NCBI GenBank assembly: GCA_003427395.1
Contig: BFEA01000001.1
Coordinates: forward strand, 12,198,961-12,262,960
Length of the DNA stretch: 64,000 nucleotides
Direction: 5' to 3'
DNA from: Chara braunii
Taxonomy: Eukaryota > Plantae > Charophyceae
Part shown: one piece after another, positions 12,960 through 27,019 of the stretch
How positions within the stretch are numbered: position 1 is the first letter of the stretch
How the letters are laid out: every line of letters starts with the position of its first letter
Position numbers and translations under genes: made by a program
Notes under the pieces: model-generated
What the model saw: the letters and a program-made list of their open reading frames with translations, nothing else
Databases searched by the model: none
Told to the model about the DNA's origin: nothing

Positions 12960-15620
12960 AGGGGGTGCCACACTATTTCGATTTCCGGTAGGAATTGAAG
13001 ACGGTCGTTCATGTCTTTGGTGTTAGTTTTGCCTTGAGCCTAGAAGCCAGCAGAGGGAGGAGGGGAGTCTTTCCTTCCCCAAAGACGCAGGGGTAGGGTT
13101 TGAGGGGTGGGAGGTAAGTGGTGGGTTGAGGAAGAAGGGATAGGAGGCTGTTTTATTGATTTGGAATTTAACCCATGCGTGGCTTAGCTGCTTTATAATT
13201 TGAAATCTACTAATATCCTCATAACCAAGCTTTTTTATCCTGTTGATTTTCCACTGATAATAACTTGTGAGTTCAATTCATGATTCTCGACTAACTTTTT
13301 TTTCCCTAAGTCGTTTGACTGGTATGATCTTGTACTTATTTTCACTTGTTTTTGTTTGATGATCAACATGTTTTTGCTGATCACTTTTTCGAAAGTATTT
13401 CGATAGTATTTGTTTCTTGATATTTCTTGACTATCGCTCGTAGTGATTTTTTGCGAAATTCCTATTCAACATTATGTTCTTTGCCACATAGTTGCTTCCT
13501 TTAACAATGCAACTACGATCAGGACTATTTTCTTGATTTCAAATATTTGTGAGTCCAATATTGGACATCTTGGATATATTTCTTAAATCTTGTCTTTAAA
13601 TTTTAATTTCCAAAAAATATTTCAGAGAGATTTCCTAATCTCTATTTCTGAATTTCAATTTTTAAAAGTATGTTTTTGAAGTTTTTTTTATTCAAGAAAA
13701 CCTATGTCTGCAAATCTTAACCTCCTGGTCTTGATTACTGTTGCGATAAACTCTGATTTTATGACCTGAAGATGATTGCGATGACCAGTCACAGCATCGG
13801 CACAACCAGCATTTCGCCGTTCCACCTCAACTTCAATCACCAAACAGATAGTTCTCATCACACTGCGAACACCCAATATTCACACCTTAGTCTTCCACTC
13901 GTCTTCACCCTCCTCACTACACACCACTTACGGCCAAACTCTCCCAGCAGACCGCATGTATGTACCGTATAAGGCAGAAGACAAGCGTCAGATGAGCGCA
14001 ATCGTAAAGTCTTTTTAACCAATCAGTCCTTCCCTTAATTGCAGCCTTAGTCAATACACGAGTTGTTTGGAGCCCCTCCCCGTGGGGGTTTCACAAGGTG
14101 GGAGGTGTTATCCTTGGAGGGGGGATGCGGTATTGAGGGATTGTCTTTTTTCTGGGCCAGACTAATTTAGGGTTGGATCAGCACTGAAGGTTGGGGATAA
14201 AAGGCAAGGGGGTGGCTGCTTATAGCAGAGTGTGAGGATCCTGCTTTTTTAGGGAAGGAGTAACTTTGATGACCACAGAATGAGCCTATATGTGTTGTAG
14301 AGTCCCGAGCGGCCCTGTTATCTCAAAAAAGGAGGGAAAGGGGGGGAAGGTAGAATTGAAGGTTGGAAGGTAGTATTGGGGCTCTCAACAGAGGAAGGTT
14401 GTTTGTTAAGGTAAGTAGGTTAGAAGGACGATGCTGGGATAACACATACCAGTGTTGGAGTTTTTGCTCTGTGACCTAGGGGGAGCTTGAGGCGTGGAGT
14501 TATGCAGAGGGTGAAAGGCATAACCAGACCGTTCGACGTAGCCGGCGTCGGGGTATTGACTCTGTAACCTGTTTAGGGGCTTGCCGCTAAGGGAACTGTC
14601 GAGGGAGGAAGGCACTTCCTGTCCGTCAGAACTAGGTTGGTCGGTACTGGGGAGGGTTGTGGTGCCCTGTTACCCTAGCAGAAGGGGGTATGAGATCAAT
14701 TGAGTTTTGGTATGAGGACTGAAAGCCTGGACCGACGTTCCGTGTGTTGAGGAGGGAATTTTAGGAAAGTCGGCAGTCTCATTCGACCCCTCGCTTTCAT
14801 ATTTTTCCTAGCTTTTTCGTTTTTTCAATTTTACTCTATCTCATGAGGAAAGTTAAAAAAAAAAAAATGTTGGTCGTTTGGTGGTCCTTAGAATGTCTCT
14901 AGGACTTTGGGATTCTTATCAACTCGTCCTAGGTGCTTCGAAGTCTATTATACTCAGTGATGTGTGGTTGTTCGATGTCAGAACGACGCTGGCCGGTGAT
15001 GCGGTGTTGCCTTGTAACCTGCTGATGCAGGAGCGTGAGGCCTGGTAGAGGGACCTGGGGATGCTTTGGGGTGGGCATTCCACGGGACAACCAAGGGTTG
15101 TTGCCGGGACGACGCTGGTCGGAGCTAGGGTGAGTTGTATTGCTCTGTAACCCAGCAGGATGTAGGGGTGTGAGGCCTAGAAGAACTCGTCAGGAAGTGA
15201 GACAGTTTTGTAGAACTTTGGAAGGGTTTGTTAGGGATTTTGAAGTTTTCGGAGCATTTATAGGACCTCCGCGATCTATTCCCAGCCTCCCATGCCTCCC
15301 GAATTACTGTTGGTGTTCTTAGGTATCTCAAAAAGAGAATGAGGTGAGTGGGCGAAGAAGATGGTGGGATATCACGCGTCCTACTAGTGAGGGGGTTAGC
15401 GGGTCGAATGGGAATAGGGTATAGTAGCAACGGAGATGGTGGCTCTGCTGCAGTAAGGCTTGCCGCAGTGAGGTAAACAAGATTGATGGGGGGTTTCTGA
15501 GTCGTTTTTGAACTTGGCCTAAATTGTTGTCATGGCCTCGGTTTCTCAAACTTTTATATTTTTATGTACATTTCCATATGGGACGTTGGGCCTGGTTCCC
15601 AGCACGTGCTGCTCCCCACG

Positions 15621-15653
<33 letters not shown>
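12960..15653 (+). repeat. Interspersed repeat with A-tail, homologous in inverted orientation to 21386-23625
   Basis: Shared terminus (GGGGAGCAGCACGTGCTGGGAACCAGG vs GGGGACCAACACGTGCTGGAAACCGGG). 12960-13260 aligns by eye with 23340-23620. Terminal 140 bp is duplicated at 15684-15853. Confidence 0.6.
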
Positions 15654-15823
15654 NNNNNNNNNNNNNNNNNNNNNNNNNNNNNNGATTGATGGGGGGTTTC
15701 TGAGTCGTTTTTGAACTTGGCCTAAATTACGGGGATGGCCTCGGTCTCTCAACCTTTTATGTTTTTAAGTACATTTCCGTATGGGACGATGAGCCTGGTT
15801 CCCAGCACGTGCTGCTCCCCACG

Positions 15824-15856
<33 letters not shown>

Positions 15857-16138
15857 TGCTGCCTCTGACTTAAAAAAAAAAAACACCCACCATTGCCATC
15901 TTGTGCTGAAATCGCCCTTCCTATGTCTGGGTATGGGCCCACACTTGGCCCATGGTGACCATCTTGGTTGCATCATGATGAAGGAACTGGGACGATCTAC
16001 CGAGCCAGCCTGGTGTTGAGAAGTCGTTCTATGGTTGTCCACACGACCATCTACTCATTGCCCTTCTCATTATCCCCATCTCTTGGCTTTTTTACCACCT
16101 TTTCTTTCACAAAGAGAGGAGTGTGTGTGTGTGTGTGT

Positions 16139-16188
<50 letters not shown>

Positions 16189-16323
16189 CGCATTGCATGA
16201 CTTTTGTAACCACGTCGCGGTAAGACAAGTAAAATAAGGCAAGAGTCGAGAAGCATCCCGACAACAAGATTGACAAAAGAACAAACAGCAAAAAAAATCA
16301 GCGAAAAAAACAAAACATAATAG

Positions 16324-16375
16324 ATTGTTTCGTCGGAGTTGCACTTACTCTTCAGGGGGCTGAACCCTCGACAAT
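16324..16375 (-). ncRNA. Divergent type III hammerhead relative, partly decayed
   Basis: AUUGU-C-GAGG-guucag-CCCC-CUGAAGA-GUAAG-ugcaacu-CCGAC-GAA-ACAAU. GUC triplet and covarying stem III; stem II damaged. Confidence 0.7.
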
Positions 16376-17137
16376 ACGCAGAATCTCCGTATTTGAACCC
16401 TTTGACCCTTGTTGAAGGCAGACTATCCCCAAGCAGAACATAGCAGTGGGCAGCAACCCTGTGGAACACCACGCAACACAATAGAGGCAACACAGGTGCA
16501 CAATGTCAAAAATGACTGTAAGGAACGACATGGCATGCAGGGCATGCAGCACGACAACCGTGAAGTGAAGCATAAGACAACACAAGCAAGGCAACAACAC
16601 TGCAGGGGACGACAGGGCGAGAGGACCAGCAGGTCGACAACCATGGAGCGGAGCACAAGGCACCAACAACAAGGCAATCAACCTACAGGGCACACAAACG
16701 ACAAACACGAAAGGCACGGCCAACGGATAAGCAGCGTGGCAGCAGAGAAGCGAAGCGCAAGGCAACACCAAAAACACGGCCACACCGCACAGCGAACACA
16801 TCAACCTGCAAATAACCACATGCGAAGCAAGCGGGACAGGCAGCAAGGCAGCGACCGTGCCCAGACGAGGACGTTCACACATCCAACACGAAGCAAAGCA
16901 GCTCATGACCTACTCACATCACGATTGAACCCTATAGACTGTTGGTTCCCATCACCCACTTAGTTAGGGAGTCACTCCAACGAACATCCGTCATCACTGA
17001 CAGGCAACACAAACATCTTGAACTGAGCAGCCTCTATAAGAGTGCAGTAGGCACTCCAAACAAGGAACCACCGACTGTTTGGCATTACTTAAGGGTGCTC
17101 AGTTGGGTAGGTTTTCCTTTTTTTTTTTTTTTTTTTT

Positions 17138-17182
17138 CCAATTTATGCGTGTCATCCTTGCGCATGGGACATGCTTGATCTG
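17138..17182 (-). pseudogene. U6: U6 snRNA internal fragment followed by poly(A)
   Basis: Minus strand AGCATGTCCCATGCGCAAGGATGACACGCATAAATTGG followed by about 20 A. Confidence 0.75.
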
Positions 17183-17265
17183 CGCGCGGCCGATCTCAGC
17201 TGTGCGATCTTCGCGATCGACGGTCGAAATGGACCGCGCCGACAGAAAGGTGGCCAGCTCCAAAA

Positions 17266-17636
17266 GGAGCTAGCCCAGTGGTGTAGTATGTCGGATTCGA
17301 TCCCGGTACCTGCTGGGTAGTTGTCTGGCGCTGTAACCTACTAGGCTAACTCCTATCACGATAATGATAGGAACATAGGAGCAACTCTTCTATATGAACA
17401 GCTAAACCCTATCCCTATCCCCTTGTCGTGGCCTTGCAGGCCTTGCCTGCATGTGGCTCTGCAGGCCTTGCAGGCCCCGCCTATCTGTGGTCTAGCAGGC
17501 TCTGCCTGCTTGCTACTTCCCCGTGGATGGCTGCCCATCCACAGCTCCGGGGCCACCCATCGGGTAGGCCTCGGCATAGGACTGCTGGCTCCACCCCGGC
17601 TCAAGGTTAACCCGGCGGGCCCAAAAAAAAAAAAAC
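17266..17636 (+). mobile_element. Putative tRNA-derived SINE with A-tail
   Basis: TAGCCCAGTGG (A box) and GATTCGATCCC (B box). Post-head sequence resembles 11789-11830. A14 tail at about 17623-17636. Confidence 0.5.
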
Positions 17637-20600
17637 CTTGTTATTCCTCTCGCGTTGTGGCCCCATACCCGATGCATCCCCCTTTTTAGCCCATTTAGGC
17701 CCTGAATCGCGCGACTTAGCAACCACGCGACATTACTTTAGGTAGAATAGGTATAGTTCTACCACTTTCATGTCCGCACGCCTCTACGACTTCGACAAGA
17801 GCGGAGCACTGCCAACTACTATCGTTATACTCGGACGCCAGAAGCGTCCGGACTAAAACTCGAAACCTTTTAATATCTCAGTCATAGGTCAGGTTTGAAT
17901 AAACTTTTGGCAAACGTCAGTCTCATCAAGTCTTTCAATTCAACGAAAAAGTCGGACAGCGTCCGATGTTGTCAGGGTATTTGCCCCGACAGGGCACACA
18001 AAAAAACTTTAGAACAAATCAGGGGGAGGGCAGACAACAGAAGAAAGATTGACAAACATACAACTGATTTTTTTTATTTATTTTTTGCGTTTGGGGCGTT
18101 AAGACCACCATGCTTCCAACACATCAGGCCGCACCTCGCTATACAAAGAAACGAGGCAATCATTAAATCATCAACATTGTAATGAGGATGCATCATCAGA
18201 GATGTCCCTCTGTTTGTTTTTGCTTTAGCAGCAGTGTATATTAGTCATGTTGCTTTGATTTTTTTATATGCTTCATAATTTTTGCAACTTTTTTCTGCTT
18301 GTGGTTCATTTTGTTTCAATTGTATTGATAGGATAATTTTGTCGTTTCTAGAAATTGTTATTCCACACCTTAGCAAACCCTTGTTGGAATTTAGAAATTC
18401 TCTCAAATTTGCATATGCGCACCCTCACCTTCGTTTTTTTGGCAATGCTGTTTTCCTTTGTCGGCAGTTCGCCTAACAGATTTCATCGTCTTTTCATTTT
18501 TTTGCTTTGTTGTTCTCACTTCCTACTTGGGGATAACATTCCTTCCTCGGTTACTTCATACCAACCTTGAGCACATGTGCATTCCCTCCTCGCATTTCCT
18601 TTTCCTCTCCCGACCCTCTCTAATTTCCTCTTCGTTCTTCATCTTCACTTCCTTTTGCCCCATCTTTCCCCTTGGCTCTTTCCTGCTTTTCTTACTCCTT
18701 GTTATTGGATTGACTTGAAATCTGATGATTGTGTGAACAGAGGCTACATTCCCCACACCACAGTCCAGTCATGCACTATATTCAAACCTTTCCTCCTCTC
18801 TCTCTTTTTCCTCCCCTTTTCCACTCCTGCATTTCTCTCGCCCATGCGTGGAAGCCTCAAATTTTACTACTATAAATCTCGCAAACACGGTGTCGAGGTT
18901 AACACCCTTACAAGGGTATCAGCCAATGTTTTTGCATTCAGCAGAGCGCCAGTGTCGATTACCATGTTGGAATCGGGTTAAACTGAAGTTTACTCATTTT
19001 TGCATGACACTTTCAGACGAGGTCCTCGACTACTAAAGTTGAGGCGTGTGGGTAAGTAAATTTGATTACTTTGCTCGCATGTTATCGCGATACACTTTAG
19101 GTTGAATAGTTATACCCCGACCACTAAGATCTAAGGGTTAACAATAAGCCGAAAAAAAAAAAGAAAAAAAAAAAAACGTAGATTTAAGGGTGAGTATGCA
19201 AACATGTATACAATTGGCGGTATGGTTAAAAGTAGTAAGTCCTAACTATATGGTCGAGGCAATTGAAAATTTGAATAGCTGACTGATTAAGCCTCGATAT
19301 GATAGGTGATAAACAAAAAAAATGGAATTAATAAAGATCCCTCGATCACAACATTAAAGAGGTCGGTTGTGTGAGATGAATCGACAACTTGCACTTGGGT
19401 TTTATAGGTTAGTATCTCGTTTTGTCATGTACACGGGTACAAATTAAAATTTATGTAAACCTAAACCATATTGTCGAGACAATTGAAAGGGATATCGTTG
19501 GGCTAGGCAAAACTTGATTTGCTGGTTAGGTTTAATTTTAAAAGTGGTCATATCAGGAACTGGACATGAGTCTGCGTGTTGAAATAATAACGACAACTAA
19601 CTTCTTACTAAAAAGGAGCTAAGGCCCTGAAACTTCTCACATATATTGTTTGAAACCTTCACGTGATACCTATTGGGCTAACTCCTACCACGTGAGGTTG
19701 AAAAGCGACCTGACTATTAAAAGGAAGCTTTGAAGCTAACACAAAAAAGTTATGGGACACAAATTTTGCAGTGTTAAAAATTGATCGTTTGACCGATAAA
19801 TTTCATTCACCTAGTTTCACCTAGATTCGAACTTGCGTTTCTTTTCAGAGTAGATCTACGTAGATTTCGTTGAAAAAACTGCATTACACATAGCAGTAAG
19901 ATGTCAATTGTGGGTAGATTTTGTTAGTTTTTTTTTTTATTATTCCAATTTATCCCTTTCCTACATCTTTATCATTAGTTTTAACGAAGTGTCGATTGAT
20001 TGGAAATAAATCCGCTAGGCACATGTATTAATCTCGTGTCCTCGTTCTTATAATCAGTTAGAGTTTAATAATCCCTATGTGACAATTGGCATGCAATGAG
20101 GATATAAGTTAGGTCTTGTTTCTTATATTTCAATTCTCTTTCTTTTTCTTTTTCTTTTACATGTTTGTTTTTCTTGCTCTTATTTTTATTTTTATTTTTA
20201 TTCCTTCCTATTTTTTCCTCGCGTACGACTCTTTGAAATGTGCGGATTTACCTTGATGGATTTACCCAGGTTCATGGGGCAGATTCATCCATGAGAGAAT
20301 CAAAGTCAACTAGCCGCCGAGATCGACGTTCAGTAGTGACCTCGACCAAGACATTGTGATAGTGGGGAAATACTAGGACTGCATGTGTACGGAAGCAAGT
20401 AGAGGAGACCTCGTGGAAAGTGAGAAATAATGAGCACGAAGGGGAGATAGGAAGTTGCAAGGAGCAGGGAGATGAAGAAGTTCACGAAGTTGCAAGATGA
20501 GGGCATGCGAGACATAGGGAAAGAAAAGCATGACAGTTCATCAGATAAGTCGACCCGAGTCATAAAGTCCGTTTGGAAAATCGACGTTCCAACCCCGACT

Positions 20601-21385
20601 CCCATACGGGTCGGTCTTAAACATTCTCCTGCGTATATACCTATGCTACAATGATCAAGAAAACGACATTGGTTGACCTAACTCTACAATTGAAAGTAAA
20701 AAATTTTGTATGTGGGTCAGTAGCTCAGCAGGGATACGCCTACCTCGTTTTTAATTTGGTACGATCACAATAACTTTCGATAGTCTATGACCCTTATAAG
20801 TAAATCGAGTAACTGGCCGTATACTATCGTTTATTTGTGGTTTCCGTTCTAGCACTGATCGCAGTAGCATAACACAAATTCTTGCATAGTTGTGTCCGTC
20901 ATAACTTCTGTTCTCGCCAAGTTATTGCATCAGTTACTATATTGGTGTTCTAAGCTATGTCGCCTAAGGTATGTGGATCAGACACCGGAAGGTGTATAGG
21001 AGCACAATAAGGAAAAAAACATGAGAGACCTACTGATTTGACAAGGGAAAGAGAGGGATTGAAAGAGGAGGAAGAGAAATGCGAGAAAGCTCGGTTGTAC
21101 CGTCGTATGAATGAGCGACATGAGTGTACGTTGCGCCCTAACACGGCTTATTACTCATACAAATATGAGCAACACTACAACGCTCCTCCTCCACGTTTCG
21201 AGCCACCTTCTCAAACTTTCCTATAACTTATTCTCCTCCTTCCTCTTCTATTTTGCCTCATCCTTGACAACTGGTCGTCCTTCCTCAACTGCCTCGCCCC
21301 GCATTTCCACCGTCATCACGCATTTTTTATCTGCCCGTCGTTTCTCAAGATTTTTATTATTATTTAAAAAAAAAGCTCCAATCTA

Positions 21386-23625
21386 TTCATGGGGACCAAC
21401 ACGTGCTGGAAACCGGGTCCAGCGTCCCATGATCGTTTTTAGAGAAAAATTGAGAAGACCTCCCCTACTAGCATTAATTACCTTGCAATCCAAAGGATTA
21501 ACTGAGCAAAGAACGTCCTTTGATGGTAATAAAAATGAAAGAATGGTATGCAAAAGCAGAGGAGTAAACTCTAGGCTAACCAAGATAAATCAAACTTGGA
21601 GAAACATGCAACCCTTGAAAAAGACAACCAGAACAGTCATGCCTTCGTCATCGAAAGGAAGAACCTCAAGTTGATCCAGGTGGAGCTAAGTGGCTAGTGG
21701 CCGGTACCCACCAAGATACTCGGCGCCAATCTCATCCGCCCCTACTTCCTCCATCCAAATCCTATCCGTCCTCCCAAACTCCGTCGTGTGAAAAAATCCA
21801 TAGGACCTCATCTCAGCAGGGAGCGAGCACCATCATCACCCTGAAATTCCTTGCCCCAACAAGAATTTCGGTCTCCGTCCTCAAGGAGGTGGACCAGCGC
21901 TACGCAACGCCAATCGCGCCAAAGTTCGCCCTCATCATCCGGTACCCATCAAACAGCCTAAACTACCCAATGCGAATCACATCTGATAAGAACTCCCCCT
22001 AGCCGGTACCCGTCAATCAGGCCAATTCCATTTCCCCTCTCCGTCCTCGCGAAGAATCATTTCATGCCCTTTGCCCCCCACTTCAAAACACAATCCCCCA
22101 AAAAACTACAAGATGCTCCACTTGGTCATCCCATGGGGCCCCTTTTTGAAAACTCTGTCTTAACCTCTTGGAAAGAAAAAGGAAATCCTAAAGGAGTAGA
22201 GGAGAAAATCTTTGAAACTACCCTCCCGCTCTCTCCACAACATAGAGGGGAAAGGAGAAGACAACACCTCTCGGCTGTGAAGAAAATTAGCATTGCCCTC
22301 ATTCTTACCCAAATCCCTCCCACTCGTCCTTGAGCTGCCCCCGTCGAGAGCAACCCCGTTCTCCTCACTGACCCCAACTCAGGACAAGCCCCTAACAGAC
22401 CACCGTTCCCTAAGAAGTAAGCAATTCCCACCAAAAGCCTGTCTCCGCAGAACGACGATCCCCCAACCCCCCTCCCAACCCTCTCCATATTGGGAAAGTC
22501 CCCCGAGGACAACCCTAAAACCACCTCATCCCTCCACGCCTTCTTTCCACGACACAGAGGGGAAAAGAGAGGACAACACCTCTCCGTCCTGCAGAGAAAC
22601 AAATTTGCCCTCACTATGATAAAAAACCTTCCCTCCTATCGTCGAGCTTCCCCCGTCAAGGGGTGACCCCTTCCCCTTATTGACCCCAGCTCAGGACGCC
22701 CCCTAGCGAACCACCACTCCCTCAAGAACGAGCAGTTCCCCGCGGAACAGTGGTTCCCCCGACCTCCATCCCAACCCTCTCCGTATGGAATAGTCCCCTG
22801 AGGACAAACCTAAAAACTACCTTCCATCACAAAACAAAGTTTAGAATCATCTACTCCCCTGCATACTCATTTTGAAGCGAAATTGAGAAATGAAATTTAT
22901 CCAAATCATTACACGGAAACAAGGAATTCAAAACCAAAAGACCTACCTCTTGGATTTTGACCTCGAATCGAAAATTCAGAAAATCAATCGAAATTCTTTC
23001 AAAAATAGGGAATCAATTAGGAAAGAATTTAAACATGTGTATTTAAGGAAAAACATTCAGTTTGAGAAACGTTTAGCATAAGACTTATGGATTTCAAAAT
23101 TATGAATTTATTTAGGACGATCGGCCAAAGGTGGATTGCAAAAAGGATTGGCAAGTTTTTGAGAAAAATTGTAAGAAATGAATTACAAAAGAGAATGAAA
23201 ATTTCGAAAACAATGAATCATACGACTTTTAAGATTATTGATCAGAATTCAACAGCATCAACTATTTTGGAGTTACTAATTGAGAAATCATAGAAAGAAG
23301 CTAAGGATCGAACAACACTAATTTCAAATCAAAACCAGATCAAAATCAGAAGGTTATTAGTAATTATTTAAGTATGAGCAAGCCAAAACACCCATGGGCA
23401 AAACCATGACCCTAAGGACTATCAACCAACGAAAAACCTTTATCCCTACTTCCTCAACATCACCACCTTACCTCTTCGCCCTCAAATCCTACCCCACCAT
23501 TTTCAGGGAAAGGAAGACACCCTCCCTTCCACTACTAGTCACTAGGCTCTACAACATTACGAGCACTGAAAACTTCAACGACCATCTTCAATCCCCCAAG
23601 AATAATCGAAAAGAGTGCGGCGCCT
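21386..23625 (-). repeat. Second diverged copy of the same interspersed repeat, with an internal tandem duplication of about 300 bp
   Basis: Homology to 12960-15653. 22235-22527 and 22547-22821 are diverged tandem copies. Confidence 0.55.
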
Positions 23626-24302
23626 CATCATCAGATCATCATTTTTGTATCATGTTTGCATTTTTTTTCCTTATGTCAGGTTGAACTATGTGGCTTAATC
23701 TTCTACCTACTGTATAATGGAAGCGTTAAAAAGACAAACCTGATATGTTAACACGCCGCTCGTCCCGTATTAACAAGGGTTTAAGTGCATGTCCTAATAG
23801 GGTATGGACCTCTGGTCCAAACCACCATAAAAAACTTAATGACGATCACAACATATCAGCCTAGCTACAACATCTTAGACCATAGTGGAAAAGTAGGTAA
23901 CTACTGTCATGTAGGTTTTAAGCATAATGTCATTATTTATGTCATAATTATGTATGGTCATCTCAATTTTGTTGTTGTACGTTCACCTCTTATACAATAG
24001 GAACAAAATTTTGTATAGACAAAACGAATATAATTTAAAATTATTGTTGTCTTCTTCAAGTTTAAGACTATGACTAAATGCAAGGTACATTTGCTATATC
24101 ATTGTAAGAAACAAAGTTTAACTCTATAAGTATTCGTTTGTTGATTAGTCATTTGAAGTTTATTTGTATTTAATTGTGGTAAGGTATGAGTTTTGATTTA
24201 GGTTACGCGACAACCAATTAATTATACGATACTATACTTTCGAGGATACAATTGGGTAATGTGGCTTATACTATTTGTACTTGTTTCTATACAGTTGTGT
24301 AA

Positions 24303-25079
24303 CATAACACTATTGATTGATAAGAGTGTCATGACACTGTAATTAGTAGAAATCGGCCATTGTACTTTTAGAAGTGGCTAGGGAAATATCTTTAGAAATA
24401 CACTGGTATAAATAATTTTGATATTTGGAAAGTCCCTTAGAGGTGTCCGAATGCTATAAATATTGACTTTCTCGATCATTTTAGTCGTTACGAATATATG
24501 TTTAGACACTTTAGGTAACTCTTATTATTATTTTTTTTTTAACTTCAAGTCAAAGTTTACAATGACTGTAAATTATTGGAACACCTACTAAAAGAGGGAA
24601 GAATCTTAACTTCTAGCAGAAACTTTCGAAATAATAAACTTATGATATTGTTAGGGATTGTAAAGTAAGGCAGAATTGTGATAAAAAACGTTAGTAAGTG
24701 GATGAATAAAACGAGTTATATGTTGAGGATTTGATAATAGTATGATTTTAGGGCAACACCCATAACACTATTGATTGATAAGAGTGTCATAACGCTATAA
24801 TTATTAGAAACCAACAATTGAACTTTTAAAAGTGGCTATGGAAATATCTTCTGAAATACACTGGGTATAAATAATTTTGATATGGGAAAGTCCCTTAAAG
24901 GTGTCAAAATGCTATAAATATTAACTTTATCAATCATTTTAGTTGTTACGAATATATGCTTAGATACTTTAGGTGACTATTTTTTTTTTTTTTTAACTTC
25001 AAGTCAAAGTTTACAATGACTGTAAATTATTGGGACACCTACTTAAGGAGAGAATAATCTAAACTTGTAGCAAAAACTT
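24303..25079. repeat. Direct repeat of about 320 bp, offset 458 bp
   Basis: CATAACACTATTGATTGATAAGAGTGTCAT... at 24303 and 24761. Confidence 0.9.
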
Positions 25080-27019
25080 AAGCCTATCATTTAACAATTA
25101 TCTAATTTCTATGAGTACATTAGGTAGAGTATTAATTATTAAACTATCAACATTATTTGAAGTTGATTGCATCATTGAGATCACGTATCATACAGTTTGA
25201 TTATGTGTTAAATCGACTTCACCTGTCGTAGAAATGTGAAGTCTAAGTGCAATCGATTTTCTGAAACTATATAATGATGTAATCCGCATGATTAGGTATC
25301 TCTTTCTGACAATCTACTCCGTACAATATACTTACTGTCATGCACATTGGGCCTATAGGGGGAACCTTCCGGCCACGTCATGCACAATTGTGAATGACTT
25401 TTTCGCAAAATGGTTTGCCGCTCCTGTCGAGTGCGGCAACCATACCTCTTATGAACCCCAACGACGGGATAGAGATCATACGAGGCATAATTTACCTCCA
25501 CCCAAGGGGTTGTCACCACCCTTGGGTAGTCGTATCCCTGCCTAGCTACCGAATTACGTGTAAAAGTTTATCGACTACAATCACAGAGGTAGCCCAACGG
25601 AAGACTTTTCTCGTTCGGTGTAGCATAGGGGGTTATGTGTGGTAGAACACCTTAACCAGACCCACGCACAAACCAACGCTTTGGGTCTGGTCTCCCAAAC
25701 GTGGCTCTACGCTGGTCGACTAAGACGACCAATCTAACCACACGTTACTTTACAAAATGAAAACCGAGCTTCATACGTAAGTCGCGCACCCCTTATTCAT
25801 TTTTTATCCATAACTTTTCGACGGTAGAGTAAGCATGCGACAAGTGCGAGACTCTGAATAAATAGAACAACGATGACAACTCTATCATATCGATTAGTCA
25901 TGCATGAATGTGTAAGCAATCGCCCCGTTGACGTACAATATCATACCCATTACTATGAGGTCCTAATGATTTTGAGGGTCGCTTTCGACATTCAAGTGTC
26001 GGTTGACATGCATCTTAAGGAATTAATCTCATGACGCTAGACAATCGTGAATGCGATTCGGAGTCCTACCCTTTTATGCATACTGGTGAGAGCAGCGGTA
26101 GGTGGGTTTCGACCCTTTCTGGCGGTCAAACGCTCTTGACTTAAGGGAGGAAGCCCCAACTTCGGAGGTCAGAGAACATGTTAAGGGGTTTGACTTTGAC
26201 AACCGCCACGGACCTCAACGACCAATCATAAAACTTAACAAGAAGGATCAAAAAAGATCTCTCTTTTCTCTCATCCCCAGTTCGCACAACCCTTGCGCAT
26301 GGTCAAACAAACTGTGTGAATACCCAAAATGTAAAATACAATGGGTTTATTTAAACATGAGGCGATCACCTGCACAATCATTGTGTGACTTCCTTTCAAA
26401 ATATGTAAATGAACGCAGTCTTGACTTCAAATCACATAACAGACTTGCAATCACACTAAAAATCCCACATTCACAGAGAACACACTGCACGAGGTCACCT
26501 TCAACCACTCTCTCCACTTACACCCCTTGCCTTATCCACACGAGCCATAGTCTTTGTTTAACTTTCCAAAAAAATACACTCAGTCCTTTTTAAATGGTAA
26601 TTTACTAAAAATCCAAGTAAAAACCTTTAAGGAAAAAATCAGCCCACAGGGGTTAAGGCCTTAGGTTGAGTCATGATAATGAGTTAGAGTTGAGTGAGGA
26701 ACAGATAATCGGTGACCAACCTGTTGTCAAACAATAACAGAAGATGATCCTTGCAGGATCATGCTGAACATTATTCAACCTTGAATCGAGGTGAATGAAG
26801 AAGATTTGTAACACAACACAGACAGTTCCCAACACTATACTTAAGTGTATGGAGAACAATTTTCACATCACATCTGACCCAACTCCTCATACGACTAAGT
26901 CTAGGTCTGTCTATCTTTGATTGATATAAGAAAAAAAAAAAAAAATTGGCAGCATTTCCCCTATGTTTGGTGAGTTGCCAAACTTAAAAAAAAAAAAAAA
27001 AAAAAAAAACCTTGAAACT

